Both the position numbers and the translations under genes were made by a program. A DNA stretch of 6,781 bases from Promethearchaeota archaeon (GTDB taxonomy: Archaea > Asgardarchaeota > Thorarchaeia > Thorarchaeales > Thorarchaeaceae): positions 1 through 6,781 of the forward strand of contig JALVPN010000032.1 in assembly GCA_027031765.1 (NCBI GenBank), written 5' to 3'. The notes below the pieces were generated by a model. It did no database searches and was not told where the DNA came from. It saw only the letters and a program-made list of their open reading frames with translations. Numbering within the stretch: the stretch's first letter is position 1; the number at the start of each line of letters is the position of its first letter. Of this stretch, positions 1-5,628 are shown piece by piece.

Positions 1-1
1 G

Positions 2-154
2 TTCCGAACAGTGGCCACAGCCGTGCGTGAGAGCGTCCCCACTGATGCCTACCGGGACATGATCTTCAACGACCTGATGCCCTACGTCAAGTCTGACATG
101 GGCCGGCTCCAGACATACGCAATCCTCGACGATGTCATCCGTCACCTGTTCTGA
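2..154 (+). CDS. 3' end of a hypothetical protein, truncated by the window edge and absent from the ORF track
   Basis: Frame +2 is open from the edge: FRTVATAVRESVPTDAYRDMIFNDLMPYVKSDMGRLQTYAILDDVIRHLF, stop TGA 152-154. Codons mostly end in G/C like the other real genes, and it converges on the next gene across a 28-bp gap. Family not recognised. Confidence 0.75.
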   Translation, partial: FRTVATAVRESVPTDAYRDMIFNDLMPYVKSDMGRLQTYAILDDVIRHLF

Positions 155-182
155 CCACTGGCATGCCACTCCTGTCGTTGGG

Positions 183-1526
183 TCACAGTCGCTGGAGCAT
201 CACGACCGCCCTCTGGACGACCTGCCCTCGTTTGCGCTCGGGGATGCTATACCTGTCAGGGCGTATCCTCAGCCTCTCATCGGTGGCTGCCGAGCGCGTT
301 ACAGTCCCCGATGGCAGGAGCAGGGCCGGTTCCAGGCCCGTCCCCTCAGTCATCTCCATTATGTCGACGGTGACCGGTTGCCCGGTCGTGTTGACTATTG
401 GGACTGTCATGGCGAGTCTGGCGCTGTGTGGCAGGAGCTTGGACAGGCTTGACAGGGCCTCACGGTAGAGGCGCGTGAGTCGTCTTATCACACGTCGTGC
501 CTCTGCCGGTGCTGGCGTCTGCACGTAGAGTGGCCCGAGGTGTGGCTCAAAGGCTATCGCGTCCACACGCATGGGCACCCTCTCTGCAGCCTCCCTGGCA
601 TCTCCAAGGATTACCGTGTAGTCGATGTGCTCGCCAGTCTCTCTGGCCAGCCACTGCAGGTTCGCCTGCGTGCCGCTCACCGCCTCGGGGTCTATGTCCA
701 TGCCTATGCAGCGCATGCCGCGGAGTGCGGCCTCCATCAGCAGGGTGCCCGTCCCACAGAAGGGGTCGAGCACGGTGTCGCCCGGTCTGGCCCCGGCCAG
801 TGTGAGCAGGGTCCTGCAGAGCTTCGGGCTCGTGGTTATCTCAGCGGCAACATATGGTCTGCCCTCATCACGGTACTGCTGGAACACCGAGTCATATGCC
901 ACTATTGTCTTTGCAACGTACATGGTGTCCTGTGTGAGGACAGCGAGTATCTCCGCATTGGGTGGGGTGAGCAGCGCATGGCGCGCGAGTGTCTGTGGCC
1001 AGAGTGCGGTGTTGGGCCGTCCCGGGTCTCTCCTGTCAGGCCCCTCGTAGGCGTAATAGACGGCCTTCTTCGCGCCCCTCTCAACAAGCCTCTCCTTGAG
1101 CCATTCGTCCATGCCAAGGGCCAGCCGTTTCAGGTCTATGCTCGTCTGTCCTGACAGCATGGGGTATACGCTCACACCGAACTTTATCCTCTGTCCGGTG
1201 ACCGATGGCCAGACCCTGTCAGCCCACTCACACCGCATCAGCCTTGAGCGTGCTGCCCTCCGCACCCGGCCCCTTGCAGGGAACGCACGCTCGACGAGCG
1301 TCCTCGGATAGGTCGCGACCACCCTACCGGTCTTGAAGCAGCCCCCGAGTCCCTGCTGCATGTCCACGACCTCGTCGTCAGAGAGCCCCCTCCTGGTCCG
1401 GATGACTGCTGCATGTCTGGAGTGGTCCTTGAGCTCGAAGTCGAGTCCCCGGTCTGTGAGTGCCACCAACACCTCGGCCAGCGATAGGAGCCAGTTCTTG
1501 CCAAGTATGAACACGTAGTCAGTCAT
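183..1526 (-). CDS. Trm11/UPF0020-like SAM-dependent RNA methyltransferase (447 aa), probable N-terminal THUMP-like RNA-binding region
   Basis: Motif I VLDPFCGTGTLLMEA (DPFCGTG at 747-767), acidic motif II GMDID, pre-motif RDEGRPY...TSPKLCRTLLTLA typical of Trm11-like enzymes, and motif IV variant FEPHLGP (EPHLGP at 531-548). The ATG overlaps the upstream stop by 8 nt (ATGACTGA). Substrate not determinable. Confidence 0.85.
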   Translation of the reverse strand: MTDYVFILGKNWLLSLAEVLVALTDRGLDFELKDHSRHAAVIRTRRGLSDDEVVDMQQGLGGCFKTGRVVATYPRTLVERAFPARGRVRRAARSRLMRCEWADRVWPSVTGQRIKFGVSVYPMLSGQTSIDLKRLALGMDEWLKERLVERGAKKAVYYAYEGPDRRDPGRPNTALWPQTLARHALLTPPNAEILAVLTQDTMYVAKTIVAYDSVFQQYRDEGRPYVAAEITTSPKLCRTLLTLAGARPGDTVLDPFCGTGTLLMEAALRGMRCIGMDIDPEAVSGTQANLQWLARETGEHIDYTVILGDAREAAERVPMRVDAIAFEPHLGPLYVQTPAPAEARRVIRRLTRLYREALSSLSKLLPHSARLAMTVPIVNTTGQPVTVDIMEMTEGTGLEPALLLPSGTVTRSAATDERLRIRPDRYSIPERKRGQVVQRAVVMLQRL

Positions 1527-2376
1527 CAGTCCGCCCCCGTATGCCCTCGAAGAGGAACTTCACGTACAGAGCGCCCCTCAGTGAGTCGGGGGTCTCTGAG
1601 ATGAAGGTCGGTGTGTACCCGAGCTCGTCGACGAGCTCCACTAGCGGCAGGATGTCCGGTCCCCACTCCATCCCGAGTGGCATGTGCTGTTTCTCTCCAG
1701 CCTCGGTATACAGGATTCCAGAGACATGGAAGTGCATGTTCTTGACAAAGAGCTCACCCAAGGCGTCCTCGAAAGATGTGAGGACCTCCTCGTACTCTGC
1801 CCTTGTGGCCGGTCGCCCCTGTCCCCTCGCGTAGAGGTGCGCCCAGTCGATGGTGGGGATGACCCCTTCCAGCTCGCTGCACAGCCGCATGAGTTCCTCG
1901 GGCGAACCGAAGGAGCCCAGCTTTCCGGAGGTCTCAGGCGCGAGCAGGGCGCCACCCCCAAGGTGTCCAGCCTGAGCCCACACGGCCGCAAGGGCATCCC
2001 GTATCACCCTGTAGGCCTCCTCATGTGATAGCCCACTGTACCCGCCCGCATGGAACACGATGCGCCGCACTCCCATGAGCGGTGCCATGGTCAGTGCATG
2101 TACCAGGCGCCGCACAGACCTTGCACGGGTCTCGCGAGACCTGGATGCTAGACTGATGTAGTACGGTGCGTGGACGCTCATCGTGATGTCGCTCTCCTCC
2201 GCGAGCATACCAATCAGCCGTGCACGTTTCTCTGACACCCTGAGCCCGTAGACGGCCGCATACTCCAAAGCACTGAGGCCGGCCTCTTTCAGGACGGCGA
2301 ACACTCTGCGGGCATTCCCCCGTGCCTGTGCCGGGTACCCCGCCGGCCCTATCCTTGTCCTGGCGCCCAGTTTCAC
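1519..2376 (-). CDS. nfo: Endonuclease IV (AP endonuclease family 2, archaeal type, TIM barrel), about 285 aa
   Basis: RIGPAGYP N-terminus and metal-ligand motifs SVHAPYY, VFHAG, APETSGK, TIDWAH, HFHVSG, GEKQH, ISETP. Start moved from the track's 2397 to GTG 2376, which overlaps the upstream TGA (GTGA). Confidence 0.9.
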   Translation of the reverse strand: MKLGARTRIGPAGYPAQARGNARRVFAVLKEAGLSALEYAAVYGLRVSEKRARLIGMLAEESDITMSVHAPYYISLASRSRETRARSVRRLVHALTMAPLMGVRRIVFHAGGYSGLSHEEAYRVIRDALAAVWAQAGHLGGGALLAPETSGKLGSFGSPEELMRLCSELEGVIPTIDWAHLYARGQGRPATRAEYEEVLTSFEDALGELFVKNMHFHVSGILYTEAGEKQHMPLGMEWGPDILPLVELVDELGYTPTFISETPDSLRGALYVKFLFEGIRGRTDD

Positions 2377-2879
2377 TCCTCCAGCGTGAACTCCCACGAG
2401 CAGTAGGCGTCATCAGGGTGCTCGTCAGGAGGACAGAACAGACATCGACACTTGATCCGTGGGTCTATGGTCTTTGCGAACTCCTCGTACTCGATGGTGC
2501 CCACAGGCTTGCAGGGGAAGTCGGGTAGGCCCTTCCTATTCCTGGCTGTCTGGACACGGCACTCATGCATGGTGAACACAAGGGTCTTGTCGTCGACCCT
2601 CTTCGCTGACTGCTTGTTCAGTCGTGCGTACACCCTGTACTTCAACGCCTCCTCAAGCGCCTCGAGGCCGCCGTCTGGCGTGATGCCGAACTCACGCATG
2701 ATGCGGCGTGCCTCAATCGGCGAGAAGATCTTCCACGCCGCCTTGTCCATCTCAATGGCAACGTCCATACCATACTTCTCCTCGAGTGCGAGGAAGTATG
2801 CACCGTCCATTGCCTGCCACGCCTTTGCGTAGACATCGATGATCTTGAGCAGGGTCTCTCTCGGCAGGTCCTCGAACAT
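2373..2879 (-). CDS. DUF6125-like protein (V4R / L-2-amino-thiazoline-4-carboxylate-hydrolase-like fold), 168 aa
   Basis: From ATG 2879: MFEDLPRE...AWQAMDGAYFLALEEKYGMDVAIEMD...ECRVQTARNRKGLPDFPCKPVG...CRCLFCPPDEHPDDAYCSWEF, a pattern I recognise as DUF6125. The track's extra 42 N-terminal codons run through the divergent promoter and were trimmed. Confidence 0.8.
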   Translation of the reverse strand: MFEDLPRETLLKIIDVYAKAWQAMDGAYFLALEEKYGMDVAIEMDKAAWKIFSPIEARRIMREFGITPDGGLEALEEALKYRVYARLNKQSAKRVDDKTLVFTMHECRVQTARNRKGLPDFPCKPVGTIEYEEFAKTIDPRIKCRCLFCPPDEHPDDAYCSWEFTLEE

Positions 2880-2909
2880 TGGCCGAACACCGCAGGGCGA
2901 GTCGTACTG

Positions 2910-2930
2910 CCACTCATATAGTGGTTTGCA
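2910..2930 (-). promoter_or_regulatory. Putative TATA/BRE promoter of the DUF6125-nfo-methyltransferase operon
   Basis: Minus strand reads TGCAAACCAC-TATATG-AGTGG. TATATG (2920-2915) lies about 36-41 nt upstream of ATG 2879, inside the short inverted repeat CCACT-N5-AGTGG (2910-2924). Confidence 0.5.
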
Positions 2931-2933
2931 TTC

Positions 2934-2947
2934 GGAAGTCTTTAATC
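2934..2947 (+). promoter_or_regulatory. Putative BRE/TATA promoter of the DGGGP synthase gene
   Basis: GGAAGTC followed by TTTAATC (2941-2947), the most AT-rich stretch on this side of the gap. An SD-like GAAGGAGG follows at 2984-2991. Confidence 0.45.
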
Positions 2948-3004
2948 CCTGCTCCACTTGGGACCACTCAGGCACCGCACACAGAAGGAGGACACGTGAA
3001 CACA

Positions 3005-3925
3005 ATGTCTAATGAGGGGTCGCCACCGCGCAAGACGGATCCTGCTGCATTTGTGTCAATACTCCGGCCACAGAACTGCATCATCGGCTCAATGACTGTC
3101 CTATCTGGTGTGATGGTGGCCTATAGGGTGGCCGGCGACTCGGCCCCACTGAGCACATACTACTGGCTCATGGCCATCGGGTACTCCATCTACTTTCTCG
3201 TCGCGGGTGCCGGTAACATAGTCAATGACATCTTCGACATCGAGATTGACCGGGTCAACCGTCCACACAGGGCGCTACCGAGTGGCAGGATGACCGTCCG
3301 TCAGGCGTGGGCCTATGCTGCTGTGCTCAGCGTGGTCGCCGCTCTTCTCTCTCTCTGGGTCGGGCCACTGGCCACAGTCATCGTGGTGGTCTTCGAACTC
3401 CTCGGCTACGCCTACGCGGCCAAGGGCAAGACCCTAGGCATTGCAGGCAACTTCATGGTCGCATTCTCCTTCGCGTTCGGCGTCGTCTTCGGCTCCTTCA
3501 TCTATGGTGAGGTCACCGGTACCATCATATTGCCTGTCCCAACGTGGCTGTTCTTCATCACCGCCTTCATGGTCCTCCAGGCCCGTGAGACCATCAAGGG
3601 CGCAGAGGATGTCCGTGGCGACGAGCTCCGCGACGTGAGGACTGTCGCCCGCGTCTATGGCTACCGTGTTGCTGCAGTGGTCGCAGCTGTCCTGAACGTG
3701 GTCGGTGTCGTGTGCTACACCCTTGTGTGGCTGTGGGGGTTTGCCAGCTGGGACCTGTGGCCGCTGCTTGTACTTGGTGACGCCGTAGTCCTCGGCGCTG
3801 CTGTTTCGCCACTAACTGGCCCGAGCGACCCGAAGCGTCTGCTCATTGGTAGCACACTTGACAAGGTGGGTGCGCTGGTGGGCCTTATCACATTCGTGTT
3901 GGTGCCACTATACGGTGGTTTCTGA
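3005..3925 (+). CDS. Digeranylgeranylglyceryl phosphate synthase-like UbiA prenyltransferase (archaeal ether lipid synthesis), about 306 aa
   Basis: RPQN N-terminal motif, first Asp-rich motif GNIVNDIFDIEIDRVNRPHRALPSG (NDIFDIEID at 3224-3250), K...GNFMVA, second motif ARETIKGAEDVRGD...RTVA, and multiple hydrophobic TM segments. Start is ATG 3005 or GTG 2996 (4 nt after the SD); the track's start at 2879 is over-extended. Confidence 0.88.
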   Translation: MSNEGSPPRKTDPAAFVSILRPQNCIIGSMTVLSGVMVAYRVAGDSAPLSTYYWLMAIGYSIYFLVAGAGNIVNDIFDIEIDRVNRPHRALPSGRMTVRQAWAYAAVLSVVAALLSLWVGPLATVIVVVFELLGYAYAAKGKTLGIAGNFMVAFSFAFGVVFGSFIYGEVTGTIILPVPTWLFFITAFMVLQARETIKGAEDVRGDELRDVRTVARVYGYRVAAVVAAVLNVVGVVCYTLVWLWGFASWDLWPLLVLGDAVVLGAAVSPLTGPSDPKRLLIGSTLDKVGALVGLITFVLVPLYGGF

Positions 3926-3949
3926 CCCGACCACCAGCCGGTATATGTG

Positions 3950-4765
3950 TCAGTGCGCCTGCCAGAACGTCCATCCCAGTACCATCATTGCTGCCACTGC
4001 CATCACGACCGCCCAGAGTGTGGATGTGTCGTGGGCCTCCCGTATGCCGAACACGAGCAGGAGCCCAGTCCAGAAAAAGGCGATATTGGTCATCGTGTCG
4101 ACCGTGCTCCACAGCCCGGACATGTAGACGGTCTGTATCACATTGGCCCATGAGGCCGCATCGTTGACGTCGAGGCTGGGAATTGCTGCCAGCGCAATGA
4201 AGACCGCCAAGAACCTGAACAGGACCACCGGCATCATGCTGTAGCCGACCACCGACAGCGTCTTCATCTTGTTGCCGTTCCCGCCCATGATCTTGAATGC
4301 GAAGTGTGCGAAGGCACTCCCCACTACAAGGTACACGAGTCCGAGGAGCATGTTTGGCAGGAGGGACAGGAATGCTGCGATCAGGAACATGCCCCCGGCA
4401 TCAGTGTAGAGCACACTGACATCGGCGGTCTCCTGTGTGGTCTGGTTGACGACCATGGTCACTGTGAACTTGGACGAGATTGCAATGTACATCGCCGCCA
4501 TGATGAGTGCGTTCAGCAGTACTATGATGAACGGGCCTGCAGCATCAGGCCTGCGGCCTATGTCCCTGAAAGTGGGCCCGGGCCGCCGGATCACACCCCA
4601 CAGCCTCTCTATTGGCCCCATCGCCCGCACATCCGGGGACTCGGGACGCTTCAGGAGTGGGAGCAGGCGCTCCAAGGTCTCCTCCGCAATCTCCTCGTGG
4701 CAAACGGGACATACTGTTGCGTCTGCAGGGACTGGTGAGTCACAGAACTCGCATCGCCGCACCAT
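3950..4765 (-). CDS. Zinc-ribbon plus Yip1-domain membrane protein (271 aa)
   Basis: N-terminal CEFC-x10-CPVC ribbon, then the Yip1-type signature LWGVIRRPGPTFRDI, G...K...VVGYSMMP and W...LLVFGIREAH, with about 5 hydrophobic helices. Confidence 0.8.
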   Translation of the reverse strand: MVRRCEFCDSPVPADATVCPVCHEEIAEETLERLLPLLKRPESPDVRAMGPIERLWGVIRRPGPTFRDIGRRPDAAGPFIIVLLNALIMAAMYIAISSKFTVTMVVNQTTQETADVSVLYTDAGGMFLIAAFLSLLPNMLLGLVYLVVGSAFAHFAFKIMGGNGNKMKTLSVVGYSMMPVVLFRFLAVFIALAAIPSLDVNDAASWANVIQTVYMSGLWSTVDTMTNIAFFWTGLLLVFGIREAHDTSTLWAVVMAVAAMMVLGWTFWQAH

Positions 4766-4810
4766 GCACTATCCCGCCAGCGGTGGTCAAACCACCATCT
4801 CGTCCAAGGA

Positions 4811-4826
4811 CATATAGCGCTTTCTC
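4811..4826 (-). promoter_or_regulatory. Putative BRE/TATA promoter of the Yip1-domain gene
   Basis: Minus strand reads GAGAAAGCGC-TATATG: a purine-rich BRE-like run followed by a TATA-like hexamer (4816-4811), about 46-51 nt before ATG 4765. Confidence 0.55.
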
Positions 4827-4872
4827 CGACATGGCCGCTGGGGTCTCTTCTAGGACCATGCCCCGCCCCGTG

Positions 4873-4897
4873 TGGTGGGACCGGCGGTACCGGCCCC
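4873..4897 (-). other. GC-rich stem-loop 11 nt downstream of the ECF S-component stop (possible terminator or stability element; acceptor-stem-like)
   Basis: Minus strand GGGGCCGG-TACCG-CCGGTCCC-ACCA forms an 8-bp stem with one G:U pair and a 5-nt loop. No U-tract follows. Confidence 0.5.
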
Positions 4898-4908
4898 GGG
4901 TGTGAGGG

Positions 4909-5559
4909 CTACCACATGCGAAAGTGCCTGAACACAGTCGTCGGGTGCACGATGATGAATGGTATGAGGGAGTCGAACACAGACTGGACTGTGTTGACAA
5001 ACACCGTGACCCATATGATCTCGGTCACTGGCACTTGGAGCAGGAACGGGACGAGAACGGGGCCAATGACGACGTTGACAAAGACCATTACCGTGACCCG
5101 GACAAGATAGGCTGCAGCCATGAGCACCACGTAGGTGCGAGGCCTCCCCAGCGCATCACCGCTGGTCCCTTTGGCCGAGAGTCTCAGGCCGAGCCACGGG
5201 ACGAGTATCATTGGCATGGTCGCTGCCACCTTGAAGAACACCCCAACACCAGTGGGGTCGAAGTACATCAGTCCGATGCTCCCCGCAGCCATGCACAAGA
5301 GGCCGACCTCGGGCCCACCGACCAGGAACGCGACGAGCCAGAAAAGTGAGCTGGGGTCGAACAGTGCAATCCCCCACGGCAGCCTTGGGAGGAATGCCGC
5401 TGTGGGGGCCATTGCCACTGACAACGATGCGAGCACGGCTGCAGTGGTAATTCGCTTGATGCGCCTGCTTGCAGCAGACATCTCCGTGAGGACTACCTCG
5501 TCCTCCACAGTAGGACTACTGGCCGTTCCGGCCTGGACCTGACCGCTCATCTTGGACAC
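4909..5559 (-). CDS. ECF transporter substrate-binding S component (RibU/PanT-like group; substrate unknown)
   Basis: RITTAAVLASLSVAM first helix (AxxxA-type), LPRLPWG loop, FDPSSLFWLVAFLVGGPEVG, about 6 TM helices. Start uncertain: GTG 5559, ATG 5550 or ATG 5481 (190 aa, a typical S-component size). Confidence 0.75.
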   Translation of the reverse strand: MSKMSGQVQAGTASSPTVEDEVVLTEMSAASRRIKRITTAAVLASLSVAMAPTAAFLPRLPWGIALFDPSSLFWLVAFLVGGPEVGLLCMAAGSIGLMYFDPTGVGVFFKVAATMPMILVPWLGLRLSAKGTSGDALGRPRTYVVLMAAAYLVRVTVMVFVNVVIGPVLVPFLLQVPVTEIIWVTVFVNTVQSVFDSLIPFIIVHPTTVFRHFRMW

Positions 5560-5583
5560 GTGTCTGTTCTTACCGCCCCTCCC

Positions 5584-5598
5584 TTTTTAACGTTACTC
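5584..5598 (-). promoter_or_regulatory. Putative BRE/TATA promoter of the first ECF S-component gene
   Basis: Minus strand reads GAGTAACG-TTAAAAA (TATA-like, 5590-5584) in the most AT-rich intergenic patch of the window, about 31 nt upstream of GTG 5559. Confidence 0.55.
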
Positions 5599-5610
5599 AA
5601 TAGGAATTAA

Positions 5611-5628
5611 CTACTCAGGTCTGAGTAG
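5611..5628. repeat. Perfect inverted repeat CTACTCAG-GT-CTGAGTAG
   Basis: Directly visible: 8-bp arms with a 2-nt spacer, covering the last codons and stop of the upstream gene and lying about 21-38 nt upstream of the TATA-like element. Confidence 0.85.

Noticed and set aside
132-1518. Plus-strand ORFs opposite the methyltransferase (including 540..1154, 204 aa)
   Set aside because: They lie antisense to a motif-bearing gene, show no recognisable motifs, and have the Ser/Arg/Pro- or His-rich composition expected of shadow frames in GC-rich DNA.
1541-2832. Plus-strand and alternative-frame ORFs over nfo and the DUF6125 gene
   Set aside because: They fully overlap well-supported genes and carry no independent start signals or domains.
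2879-3005. Apparent head-to-head overlap of the 2373..3005 and 2879..3925 ORFs
   Set aside because: An artefact of longest-ORF calling. Both 42-codon extensions cover promoter-like sequence, and the real starts leave a normal divergent gap of about 120 bp.
3926-3949. TATATG (3942-3947) in the convergent gap, the same hexamer as two candidate promoters, as a possible antisense promoter into the Yip1 gene
   Set aside because: There is no purine-rich BRE-like run upstream, and the downstream 68-aa ORF looks like a shadow frame. Only TSS data could rescue it.
2921-4795. GTGGTTTG shared between the DUF6125 promoter (2921-2928, +) and the Yip1 promoter palindrome (4795-4788, -)
   Set aside because: A single 8-mer match between two intergenic regions on either strand is expected by chance, and its position relative to the TATA differs.
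4840-4908. Possible G-quadruplex or full tRNA/SECIS in the GC-rich gap
   Set aside because: The G-runs are irregularly spaced and largely consumed by the hairpin. No D, anticodon or T arms are present, no SECIS core is visible, and no in-frame UGA selenoprotein candidate lies nearby.
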